Assembly (NCBI GenBank): GCA_013416795.1
Contig: RQSC01000757.1
Span: 140,610 to 204,609 of the forward strand
From: Prasinococcaceae sp. CCMP 1430
Taxonomy: Eukaryota; Plantae; Prasinodermophyta
Length of the DNA: 64,000 bases
Direction of reading: 5' to 3'
The notes beneath the pieces were generated by a model. It saw only the letters and a list, made by a program, of their open reading frames with translations, made no database searches and was not told where the DNA came from. Numbering within the stretch: the first letter of the stretch is position 1; each line of letters opens with the position of its first letter. Position numbers and translations under genes: made by a program. Below, piece by piece: positions 11,325 to 20,719 of this stretch.

Positions 11325-11651
11325 TCACCCGCTCCTCGGACGCCCCACCGCGCGCGCCGTGGCGCCCGCGCGCCCGCGCCCCCGCCTGCCCCGGCACCAC
11401 CGCAAAGCCGAAAAGCGTCGAAATGCAACGTCGATCGATCCATCCATCCATCGATCGAGGCGTATGCGAACGCGGCCCGCGGATGGATATTTGTATTTTG
11501 ATTGATTGATTGAGTCTTTCCCCTCCCCTCCAACCACCCGAGGTTTCAGGTTGGTCATCCCTTTTCGAATTGGGGTGGAGGCCGACGGCCTTCGAATTCG
11601 TCGCGGATCGAAGCGCGAAGCTGCGAAGCTAAGCGCGAAGGTTCCAATTGT

Positions 11652-11660
11652 AAACCCTAA
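11652..11660 (+). promoter_or_regulatory. Telo-box (AAACCCTAA) in a bidirectional promoter
   Basis: Exact telo-box between two divergently oriented genes. Confidence 0.4.
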
Positions 11661-11704
11661 AAACAAAACCTCATTTGCAAACCTGAACGCGCGGGGCGAA
11701 TCGG

Positions 11705-12307
11705 GTGAGAGGGCGCTGCAGAGAGTGGATCGCGCCGCGACCTGCGCATCGGCGCCGGCCACAGCGGTGCGTGTGTGCATGCGTGTGTGTGTGTGTGCTC
11801 GTGTGTGTGTGTGACGCGCGGCCGCGGGCTGCGGGGGCGGAGGCGGGGGCGTCGGCCGCGGCGGAGGGAGGGCCGAAGGAAGAGGAGCACGGCGAGCTCA
11901 AGGCCCTGCTCGAGGACCTCAAGCAGCTAGGGCGCGTGCGCCTGATTGTGAACACGGGGGCCTTCGTCCTCGAGTCCTGCACGACCTTCGACGAGCTCTC
12001 CTACGGGCGAGGGTATGCGAACCTGATGACGCCTAGCGACAACGTGGACTTTCATCTCAAGCTCGAGCTCGTGAGCTCGGCTCGCTTCGAGCGCAAGAAA
12101 GCCCCCGAGAAGCTGGGCGGATATGACATGATGTTCGTGCGCTTCAGCGACGCTGACGCTCGCGAGCAGCTGAGTGTTTTCGTGATGTGGCCCGACGGCG
12201 CCCAGCGCGGCGAGTACGCGCCCGGGCAGGAGGAGGCCTTCACCGCGCTCGAATCCAAGTGGGGCGAGCGCACCCAGTTCCAGCTCTGCGAGGCGGGCTT
12301 CTATTAG
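11705..12307 (+). CDS. ChuX/HutX-like heme-binding protein of cyanobacterial type, likely plastid-targeted; start uncertain
   Basis: LKALLEDLKQLGRVRLIVNTGAFVLE...YANL...DFHLKLE...VRF...LSVFVMW...GEYAPGQEEAFTALESKWGE closely follows the pattern of cyanobacterial HutX-like proteins, recalled from memory. There is no in-frame ATG upstream of the domain. Confidence 0.75.
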   Translation: MRGRCREWIAPRPAHRRRPQRCVCACVCVCVLVCVCDARPRAAGAEAGASAAAEGGPKEEEHGELKALLEDLKQLGRVRLIVNTGAFVLESCTTFDELSYGRGYANLMTPSDNVDFHLKLELVSSARFERKKAPEKLGGYDMMFVRFSDADAREQLSVFVMWPDGAQRGEYAPGQEEAFTALESKWGERTQFQLCEAGFY

Positions 12308-12603
12308 GCGCCCTAGAGAAAGCTGGAGTAGCAAGCGAGAGGGGAGAGCCAGGCGACGCAAGCGACCGGCGCCGCGAGCGCCGCGGGCCTCGCAGCGAGG
12401 CCCCTCGCGCGCCGCAGCGCGCGCTGCAGCGCGGCGCACTCGTAAGTGAGACGCGGTACTCGAAAGTGAACACCCTCGCGATACCATGTGCACCACTTTT
12501 GTGCAGCGGTGCGATTGCCATTCGCTTGTGTAGCGCAACGGACCTCGCCGGCGCGCCCCAGAGCGCGTGCCTCGCGCGACGCCTGGGAGGGCTGCCTGCC
12601 TCT

Positions 12604-12604
<1 letters not shown>

Positions 12605-12633
<29 letters not shown>
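12605..12633. repeat. poly-C homopolymer
   Basis: Run of ~29 C between the HutX-like and TCAIM-like genes. Confidence 0.85.
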
Positions 12634-12635
<2 letters not shown>

Positions 12636-12760
12636 TGCCGGGGGGCGTCGGCCTGCGCCTTCCTTCCCCCCTCCAACCCCCCCTCGACTCTGCATCTGGC
12701 GTTCCTTTGAGGCGCCCGCGGTGGCGCGTGGGGACGCGGCGCCTCAAGGAGCGCGGAGGA

Positions 12761-14329
12761 ATGCGGCGCGCACCGCGGGGCCGGCCGTGGTGCGCGGACG
12801 CGGCCTGGGAGTGCATTGAGGCGCTGCTGCCACTGCCACGGGGCGGCGCGGCGCGCGCGGCAGGCGATCGCGGTCACTGCAAGAGAGTACCCGCGACGCG
12901 TGCGTTCGCGTCGGCAGAGGCTTCTCGCCGCCCGCCGCTGAAGCAGCGCCTTCGTGAGCTCTACAAGCGTGTTCACCCAGACATGTTCTCGCGATTGCCC
13001 AAGGCGCGCGACACAAATGCCGCGTCCTTCGCCGAGCTGCAGGCCTACCTCACGGGTGGCGGGCCGCGAGGTCGGCCCAAGCCCACGCCACTGCCGTTCT
13101 ACGTCGCCAAGGAGCGGGCGGTCGCCACGGCGTCGAACGAAGGCACCGGAGGCCTCACTGTCGAGCGCATTGAGGCTGTGCTGCCTCCACTCCCGCCCTG
13201 CGCCCACGGAGGCGGCAGTGGCGACAGGGAGAGCGCGGACGGCTCCTCGCTTCCCGCGTCGGCTCTCGTCGCGCTCTCAAAGCTGCTCGAGGCGGCCGGC
13301 GTCAGCGGGGAGTTTGCGCAGCCGACGCGGCAGGCGGGCGCGACGCCCGCCGAGGACATGGTTGCGCTGCTGCGACTGCTAGTGGAAGAGACGCACAAGG
13401 CCCCCTTCGATATGGACGCTGTCAAGCGACCCGTGTCGGACACGTCCGCCGCGGCAGAGGCCGCTGCGCTCGCGCGTGCGGCACAACGCCGGCGCGGCGT
13501 CGCAGTGCACTACTCGGCAGTGCTGTGCAGCCGCAAGCGGCAGCTCGCAGCGAGGCGCCTCGCAAAGTCGCTCGACGCGGCCGCGGGAGTGCAGCTCGAG
13601 GGTCTGCGCCTAATGATAGGCACGCGAGCCAGCAATGGGCTCGACGCGCACGGTAATCTATGGCTCGACGTGGACGCTGGCGGCGGTCCGCAGCGATGGG
13701 CGGACGCGCTGCTCGCGCTGGACGAGGCCCACATCCTGCAAGCGCAAGGCAGCGCGGCCTTGAGAGTGGCCGAGGAGCAGGAGGCTGCCGCTCGCCTGAA
13801 GGTAGACATGGTGTACGCGGGCGCGGAGGTGCGCTCGTCCGACGCATACGGCGTGCTACTACAGGAGCTGAGCGCGTCCGGAGCGCCTAGCGGAGGCGCG
13901 CTCGCCAACGGCGAACTCGAGAAGCTCGCTGTATGCGTCGTCGACGACCTCGTCGGCCTGGGCGAGTGCTGGCGCGTCGACGACGACCTGGGCTACGTGA
14001 CGGTGCCCCTGCGAGCATCGCCAGCCGAAGTGGTGGCATTCCTTGAGCGTCGCGGCTGCGAGGCCGTCGCCGCGCGCGCCGCGCGCGCGGACCGCGAATC
14101 GACCAAGGCGCGGCTCGCGGCGCACGTGTCCCAGAAGCTGCGCACCCGCGCCGTCACCGTGGACGGTGGGCTCCACGACGATGAGGCTACGCGTGCACTC
14201 AGTCGCCTCATGCGTCATGCGCACCTGCTCGGCCCCTTGCTGCAGGGTGTGGCCGTGCACGTCGGGCATGAGACACGCGCGCGTGGCGGCGTCCTGGAAC
14301 TCGCGCACGACTTCAGTCTGGAACTCTGA
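12761..14329 (+). CDS. TCAIM-like (DUF4460/DUF4461) mitochondrial J-domain-like protein, ~522 aa
   Basis: LKQRLRELYKRVHPDMFSRLPKARDTNAASFAELQAYL matches the DUF4460 pattern (HPD-containing). The Arg-rich N-terminus ending ...RAFAS resembles a mitochondrial presequence. Confidence 0.7.
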   Translation: MRRAPRGRPWCADAAWECIEALLPLPRGGAARAAGDRGHCKRVPATRAFASAEASRRPPLKQRLRELYKRVHPDMFSRLPKARDTNAASFAELQAYLTGGGPRGRPKPTPLPFYVAKERAVATASNEGTGGLTVERIEAVLPPLPPCAHGGGSGDRESADGSSLPASALVALSKLLEAAGVSGEFAQPTRQAGATPAEDMVALLRLLVEETHKAPFDMDAVKRPVSDTSAAAEAAALARAAQRRRGVAVHYSAVLCSRKRQLAARRLAKSLDAAAGVQLEGLRLMIGTRASNGLDAHGNLWLDVDAGGGPQRWADALLALDEAHILQAQGSAALRVAEEQEAAARLKVDMVYAGAEVRSSDAYGVLLQELSASGAPSGGALANGELEKLAVCVVDDLVGLGECWRVDDDLGYVTVPLRASPAEVVAFLERRGCEAVAARAARADRESTKARLAAHVSQKLRTRAVTVDGGLHDDEATRALSRLMRHAHLLGPLLQGVAVHVGHETRARGGVLELAHDFSLEL

Positions 14330-14412
14330 GCGTGGGGTGGCCGGCCGTGCGTGCGTTGGGCACTCTCCAGCGGACGATCATCAGATGTCTATAATTACAT
14401 AGTACAGAAGTC

Positions 14413-14584
14413 TCAGCGCAGCAGCTCCTCGCGAGCGAGCCTCCTCGCAAGCTCGAGCGAGCTCAAGCCGTGCGCACCACCCGCGACGTTGTGGCCTCTG
14501 CTGTCCGTGACCCAGCCGCGAGCGCCGGCTGGCGGAGGATCGCCCCGGCCTGAGTGCGTGTGACCAGACTGACGCAGCGACAAG

Positions 14585-14615
<31 letters not shown>

Positions 14616-15270
14616 CACGCCGACGAGTCATCTGGGTACGTTCCTGGCGGGCTTGGCGCACCATGTCCTCGTGGCGACGTTGGTGCAACGCTGCACCCGC
14701 GGCGAGCGCCCGCTGTTCGGCCGCAGAGGGGCCGGCGGCAGCGCCGCGCACAGGAGACTGTAGGTGGTGGTGGCTGCGCGGGTGCCGCTGTGGAGGGCCA
14801 AATCCAACCGGGCGATGCAAACCCGCCGCTGACGCTGCCATGCGCCATTCTACATCGAACTGGTCCGCGTCAGAGGCGCCCCCGAAGAGCCTCTCCGCTG
14901 TCGTTTCAGCGTCCGCCCCATTGTCGCCGCGCGTGCGCATTCGGCTGATCGCGTGGCCACGGGGAGCGCCGCCGAGCGTGCCGTGCGAGCGCTCCACGAG
15001 CAGCGCCTCTTGGCGCTTTGCGCTGTCGTGGAAGCGCTTGGTTGTCTCGGAGACGACGCCCGTGCTGCCGTGGCCGGCCGCGCGCCGCGTCTCGTCGTAC
15101 TCAATGTCGGCGCCGTCGGCCGTGTGGTGCCTCACCGTGCGCCTCTCGTAGCGAAACGCGCCACCACCGCCCGCGCCGCCCGCGCCGCCGCCGCCCGCGC
15201 GCGCGCGCTCCTCCAGCTCGCCCACGGCCGCGAGCGCATCGCGCAACAGGTCGCTGCCACCCGCGAACAT
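14413..15270 (-). CDS. Myeloid leukemia factor (MLF)-like protein, ~285 aa, with poly-Gln tract
   Basis: GVVSETTKRFHDSAKRQEALLVERSHG...RGHAISRMR...DADQFDVEWR follows the pattern of the MLF family core. The start is the ATG at 15270, and a TTACA poly(A) signal lies at 14395. Confidence 0.6.
14587..14613 (-). repeat. (CAG)n microsatellite encoding poly-Gln
   Basis: (CTG)8 plus TTG on the + strand gives a Q9 tract in the MLF-like ORF. Confidence 0.9.
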
Positions 15271-16125
15271 TCCCCCCTGCCGCGAGGCCGCCAGGCGAGG
15301 CCTCCCACCCGCGGGCGCGCCTGCGCCCTGTGGCGCCCCCACACTCTCTCGTGCGGGCGCCGCGAGTGTCCGGCCGGGAGGCACACCGATTCGGAGCGGG
15401 GACCATTGCATTCCCGGGAACCAGCACGAGCCCGGGAGGCGTGCGGATCCCGGCCGGGCCAAGAGCCGGGAAGGTGGGGGAGGGAAAGGCTGCCGCGGCG
15501 GCACACCCACGTCGCGCACCCCAGCACGCCGGGGAACTTTGCGCCACGCATGCCGCGCGTCCCGCGCTCCGGGGAACCGAACCCGCCGATGTCAAAACGA
15601 ACGCAATTTTTTATTTTACATGTACCGTACAAATCACGTGTATCTCTTTGTTTTTATCGTGAGGGCTTTTTTAAATATTTTTTTTCCGCGCGCGCAACAC
15701 GCGGTTTTTTTTGGGGGGGCGCGGATGCAGCCGTGGCGGCTTCCATGGGTTCCACACAGGCAAAAGGATTCCAAACAGTCATATATATATCAATACTAAC
15801 TCCTAATGGATTCCATATCGCGCGCGCGCGCGCGGAGCGCGGCGGCGGCTGCGGCGGCGGCTGCCGTCTCTCCTTTGCGGTCCGAAGAATTCAGGGTTCG
15901 GCATTAGGCTCTTGTAAAATGTCTTTTGATGATGATGAGATGGGTGTGAGTTTGGGTTGGGTGCGGGGCGCGGACGCGCGCGCGTGGCGAGGGCGGCGCG
16001 CTCGCACGGCCTGCGCAAGCGGGAGGGGGGGGGGGAGGTGCCACACTGTGCACCTGTGTCGCCCCTCTCCCCCCCCCCCCTCCCCTGTGATCCCGTGAGC
16101 AGTTCTACTGCGAGGTGAGGGCAAG

Positions 16126-16735
16126 ATGTCCGAGGTCAACCCGAAGGCGTACCCCCTGGTGCGTTGCGCGCGGCGCGGGCGCTGTCATCGCTGCCTGCGA
16201 CGTGCCCAGCCACTACGCGGCATGCTCAACCCTCGCGCGCGGCGGCGCCGGCTCCGGCCGCGTGCTGACACGCCCCTCCACGTGCGCGCCCGCGAACCCC
16301 GGCCGCCCCACCCACCCTGCGGCGCCGCTCTGTCCCCTGCATCCCATGCCCCCCTTCGCTCTCTCGTGCCCTTGCGCGCACTCGCAGGCCGATGCCCAGA
16401 TGACCATCACCATCATGGACATCGTGCAGCAGGCTGCCAACTACAAGCAGCTCAAGAAGGGCGCCAACGAGGCGACCAAGACGCTCAACCGCGGCATCGC
16501 CGAGTTCGTGGTCATGGCTGCCGACACGGAGCCGCTCGAGATCCTGCTGCACCTGCCGCTGCTCGCCGAGGACAAGAACGTGCCCTACGTCTTCGTGCCC
16601 TCCAAGCAGGCCCTCGGCCGCGCGTGCGGTGTCAGCCGGCCGGTCATCGCCGCGAGCGTCATCGCCAACGAGGGCTCGCAGCTCAAGCACCAGATCCAGC
16701 AGCTCAAGGACGGCATCGAGCGTCTGCTCATCTAA
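16126..16735 (+). CDS. SNU13: SNU13/NHPX/15.5K U4 snRNP and box C/D snoRNP protein; exons 16126-16158 and 16388-16735, 126 aa
   Basis: [11 protein letters not shown]|[36 protein letters not shown]...[22 protein letters not shown]...ERLLI is an unmistakable match, with one GT-AG intron. Confidence 0.97.
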
Positions 16736-17212
16736 AGCGGAAGCGCCGGGATGGCTGCCGCCTGGGCGGTACGCCGCGCGCGCGCGCGCCCCACAGCGCC
16801 TGCGCACGATCTCTCCTCGCGCTCCTCAGCAGGCGTTTTGTCAAAAAGTGGCCGAGTCTACGCAATGACTTTTTCACTGCCGAATGACGCCAACAGCAAC
16901 GCCGCGCCGTGAAAGTAGGTGACGAGGAGCGTCATGCGTTGATACCGTTGCCAGTAGTCGGCGCCGATATCCACGCCGCCCAACGTGGCACGATCCCGAC
17001 CGCAGCGCTGACGTGCCGCCTCCGCCTCCGCCGCCTGCTGCAATCACGCGCCTGTGCGACGGCACAGCATCGACCGCGGAGGGTGCGCACGCGCGACCTC
17101 GTCGGCGTGTACCACCACCATGACACCACGACGACAGTAGATAAAATACAGACCCGTAGTATACACTGCGCACCTTGCGCTCGCACGAACAGAGCGCACG
17201 CGCGTGCTGCGC

Positions 17213-20200
17213 TCAACTGCCCGGCTGCCTCCCGCTGGCAAGCACCCAGAGCGCCGGCACATCGAATCCGTCGCCGAGCGCGCGCTCTGCGGCGTCGCGG
17301 CCCGCGCGGCCAAGTGCTGCGCCGAGCGCGCGCAGCGCTTCCACTAGCGCCGCTGCTAGCAAGGCCAGACTGCCGGCCGGCATGCCCGCCTCCTCGTCCC
17401 CCCACACCTCCTCCGGATCGAGACGGCCGAGCTCGAGCGCCGTCCCGAGCACCTCCACCGCGCGCCCGCCGTCGCCGGCAAGCGCTTCCAGCGCCTGCGC
17501 AGCTCGGGCGATGCCACCGCACGCAACGCCGCAGCGCGGCAACACGCGCGCGGCGGCCAGCGCAAGCGCGCCGTCGACCTCAGGAACCACCGCACCCGCG
17601 CTAAGGGCACTAAGTTGCGCGTGGCCATGCCACGCACCGACCAGCACGGCGGCAGCGTCCACGATATTGATCAGACCAGTCGAGCCATCCTCGGCGCTGC
17701 CGTGTGCTGCCTCGAGCCTCTCGCTGCTGCCACTGCCTGCGAGCGCGCGGCTCACAATCTCCGCTCCCGCGTCGCCGGCAGCTGCCAAATCGAGGAGGGC
17801 GCACGCGCACTCATCGGCACACGCCGCACTCTGTTCGATCGCTGACGCACTCAGAACCGCCGAGGGCGCCAAGGCGCGCTCTTTGCGCCCGCGCCACGCG
17901 TCTTGGGCTGCCATGGCGGCGGTCAGTCGAGCCTGCCTCGGCAGGCCAGCGACGATATCAATAAGGTCGGCGCCCACGCGTCCGTGCGGACTGGCCGCAG
18001 TCTCGGACAACGCGGGACGCACAGCTCGCGGGGCAAGGGCTACCGCCAGCAGCCCCGGCAGGCAAGCGCGCGCGCGCTCGGCCACCTCGCCGCCCGGCGC
18101 ACAGCTGGATGCGGCCGCGCAACGAGCGATGTCGGCCGCCACCTGCCTGAGCCCCTCCGACACGCGACCGTCGCTGCAGCCATCGCCATCGTCGCCCTCA
18201 CCGTCTCCCGTGGCGACACCCTCGGCGAGCGAATCACACGCGACGGAGGCGACAGCGAATGCGGCTGCCGCGCTCATCTCTTCCGGGTCGGCGCCATCGC
18301 ACGTGGCCGGGCGCACGCACGGCATGACGATGGCCGCGAGGACCTCGTCCGGCGTGAGCAGCGCCAACGCGCCGTCGTTGAGCAGCAACCCGACCAGTCG
18401 CGCTGCCTGTTCGGAGCCCATGCTTCCCAGGCGCTCCCGCAGCGCGTGCGCGAGCTCTGGCCAGAGGGAGCGTTCGGGTGCGGGCGGAGGTTGTGTGTCA
18501 AGACCTGCTCGCGCTCCGTCGGCAGCGTGTGCGTCGACCAGGTGTTGCGGCAGCGTCGATCTGCGGCGGCCTAGTCCGCGCACAGCGTGCAGCAGCGCCG
18601 CCGCGCGCACTGCGTGCGCCGCAGAGCCGCCTCCGCAGCAGCGGTCCAGCACCACTCGCAGCGCCGCCGAGGGGGCGAAAGCGCCGAGAGCCGCAAGGCG
18701 TGCGGCGTCGGGACATTCGCGCAATGCCGACGAGGGGAAGGCTTCCTCGTGCTCGCTCTTGCCCTTGCCATCGTCGGGGATGCGTGCCGCTTCGCCCGCC
18801 TGCTCACCTGGTACTGCCAAGCCCGTCGCGTTCGACCACTCGACAAGCGCGCCAGTGGCGTTCGCAACGAGTTCGGCGTCTGCCTCGGCGAACGCGTGCA
18901 GCGCGCAGAAGTCCTCGTGGTTCATGGCACAGTTCGCGGCCACGAACCACTCGGAGCGCACAGACGCGCCACCCACGCGATCAGTGGCAAGCCGCCGCAG
19001 CGTAAGCACGCGCGCGCGCAGCACGCGCGCCTCCTCGGCGGACCGCGCGTCCCGGCCGGCGGCACGCTCGCGCATCGCGTGTCGCGCCGCGAGCGCAGAG
19101 AGCGACGCGCCCAGCGCGAGCATCGTCTGCGGCGTCGCGTGAGGTGCCACGTGCTCCTCGAGCGCCGCGCCCGCCTCGTCCTCGAGCAGCCACGCGCTGC
19201 TCGCCGCAAGCGCGTTCGCGCCCTCCTCGGGCGATATCTCGCCGTCGCGCGACGCGAGCTGCTCTAGGACCCACCGTGGGTCCCTCACGCGCGCGCACGT
19301 CTGAGCTTGTCCGTGCTGCGGGCGCCGCTCGTCGCCTCCGCTAAGGCTGAGGGGCCGCCGGGGTGCAGAGTCGTCGGGGGGCGCGAGCGCGCCGTCGGCT
19401 TCCGTGCACGCCACGAGCGCTCGCAGACGCACGGCGACCGCTGCGAGCGCCGGCAGCCCACCCGGAGCGCAGCCCCACACCTCGACCAGCGCCACAGCCG
19501 CTCGATGCAGCGAGGTCGCAGGCGGCACCGCGTCCTCGAGCCCATCCAGGGCGGCACCGAGGGCGGCTACGGGCTCGGCAGACGCTCGTGCGAGCGCCGC
19601 CTTGGCGTCCTCGTCCGGATCGCCGTCGGCAACCACCGCCTCATACGCGCACGCCGCCAGGTGCTCGCAGATCATCTCGGCCGCATTCTCTGGGCACACC
19701 AGCGCGGCGCGCCGCGCCGCGCCACGCATGGCCGCACGCGCGGCGCGCGACGCGGGGAGCGCTGCAGCACCCCAGCACCGCAGGGCGTTTGGAAGGAAGG
19801 TGGCCGCCCGCCCGCGCGCGCGCGCCATGGCTGTCGATGCGTCGAGCGCTGCCGCCAGCAGGAGCAGCGGGGCGTCCGCGCGTGTCGCCGAGTTCACGCT
19901 TTGTGCCGTCACCTGCTCGCTCTCGATCGCAAGCTCAGCCATGTCATCGGGGCGGTCAACACCACCGTCGTTGCCATCGCTCTGCGCCTCGGTGGCCGCG
20001 GCGGCCAGCACCATCGCACCGATCGCCGGCCACAGTCCTGCGGCATCGGCGGCGACGGCGAGCGCGGCGCCAGGTGCCGCGCCGCCGCGCCACCACGCAA
20101 TGAGGCGTCGCGCGGCGCGCTGCGGGGCGAGAAGAACCGCATGCGCATCGCTTCCGGCGTCGCACGGCGCGTCGCACGCCGCACGCATCGCCCGCGCGAA

Positions 20201-20302
20201 CGCGTCCCAGCGCGCGCCGTCATCGCTACTGGCCGCGCCGGCGTGCAGCAGCGCGCGCTCGGCCTGGCGCAGCGCGTCGGCCTCCAGCTCCGTGGCAAAC
20301 AT
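17213..20302 (-). CDS. Large Ala-rich, probably alpha-helical repeat protein of unknown function, 1029 aa; 3' end possibly extended by splicing
   Basis: Long open frame with consistent coding-like codon use; I recognise no motif. Confidence 0.65.
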   Translation of the reverse strand: MFATELEADALRQAERALLHAGAASSDDGARWDAFARAMRAACDAPCDAGSDAHAVLLAPQRAARRLIAWWRGGAAPGAALAVAADAAGLWPAIGAMVLAAAATEAQSDGNDGGVDRPDDMAELAIESEQVTAQSVNSATRADAPLLLLAAALDASTAMARARGRAATFLPNALRCWGAAALPASRAARAAMRGAARRAALVCPENAAEMICEHLAACAYEAVVADGDPDEDAKAALARASAEPVAALGAALDGLEDAVPPATSLHRAAVALVEVWGCAPGGLPALAAVAVRLRALVACTEADGALAPPDDSAPRRPLSLSGGDERRPQHGQAQTCARVRDPRWVLEQLASRDGEISPEEGANALAASSAWLLEDEAGAALEEHVAPHATPQTMLALGASLSALAARHAMRERAAGRDARSAEEARVLRARVLTLRRLATDRVGGASVRSEWFVAANCAMNHEDFCALHAFAEADAELVANATGALVEWSNATGLAVPGEQAGEAARIPDDGKGKSEHEEAFPSSALRECPDAARLAALGAFAPSAALRVVLDRCCGGGSAAHAVRAAALLHAVRGLGRRRSTLPQHLVDAHAADGARAGLDTQPPPAPERSLWPELAHALRERLGSMGSEQAARLVGLLLNDGALALLTPDEVLAAIVMPCVRPATCDGADPEEMSAAAAFAVASVACDSLAEGVATGDGEGDDGDGCSDGRVSEGLRQVAADIARCAAASSCAPGGEVAERARACLPGLLAVALAPRAVRPALSETAASPHGRVGADLIDIVAGLPRQARLTAAMAAQDAWRGRKERALAPSAVLSASAIEQSAACADECACALLDLAAAGDAGAEIVSRALAGSGSSERLEAAHGSAEDGSTGLINIVDAAAVLVGAWHGHAQLSALSAGAVVPEVDGALALAAARVLPRCGVACGGIARAAQALEALAGDGGRAVEVLGTALELGRLDPEEVWGDEEAGMPAGSLALLAAALVEALRALGAALGRAGRDAAERALGDGFDVPALWVLASGRQPGS

Positions 20303-20341
20303 CGCGTGCGCCCCGCAGCCCCGACGTCGAGCGGCTGCTGT

Positions 20342-20506
20342 CTACTCGTGCTTGGGACTGCCCGCGCCCGCGCCCGCTGCTCGAAGCCTGCGGTATGCCC
20401 AGCGCAGGAGCTTGAGCGCCGCGAGCAGCGCCACGAACGCGAGCACGAAGTCGGTCGCGCCGAGCGCGTACAGCGCCGCTCCGCCGCTGCTGCCGCCGCC
20501 CCCCAT
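20342..20506 (-). CDS. Small single-pass membrane protein, 54 aa
   Basis: MGGGGSSGGAALYALGATDFVLAFVALLAALKLLRWAYRRLRAAGAGAGSPKHE* has strongly GC3-biased codons and a hydrophobic helix followed by a basic patch. Confidence 0.5.
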   Translation of the reverse strand: MGGGGSSGGAALYALGATDFVLAFVALLAALKLLRWAYRRLRAAGAGAGSPKHE

Positions 20507-20719
20507 GCGCGCCAGGCGCGCTCTCGCTGTCGCTGTTGCCCCCCTCCGCCCAACCCGAATGCCCCGCCCAAAGCACACACCCCGCCCCACGGCCGGGCGC
20601 GGTGTGGCGGCAGTCTCTGCCGGCGCGCGCATGTCGCGCGCCAGGACCGCGTGGCACGAGCGAGCAAAACGGACTCTCTTATCTTCGGCCTCGCGCGCCG
20701 CACGCGCGCGCGCTCACGC

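Noticed and set aside
11590-11645. Heat-shock elements (TTCGAA and repeated CGAAG)
   Set aside because: The spacing does not fit the alternating nGAAn pentamer array.
15925-16400. Box C/D snoRNA near or inside SNU13 (TGATGA at ~15929)
   Set aside because: TGATGA is part of a (GAT)n run, no matching box D or terminal stem is at a suitable distance, and the intronic CTGA is the branch point.
17213-20302. Specific family assignment (e.g. Gemin4-like) for the 1029-aa orphan
   Set aside because: There is only a vague helical resemblance and no diagnostic motif; a profile or structure search is needed.
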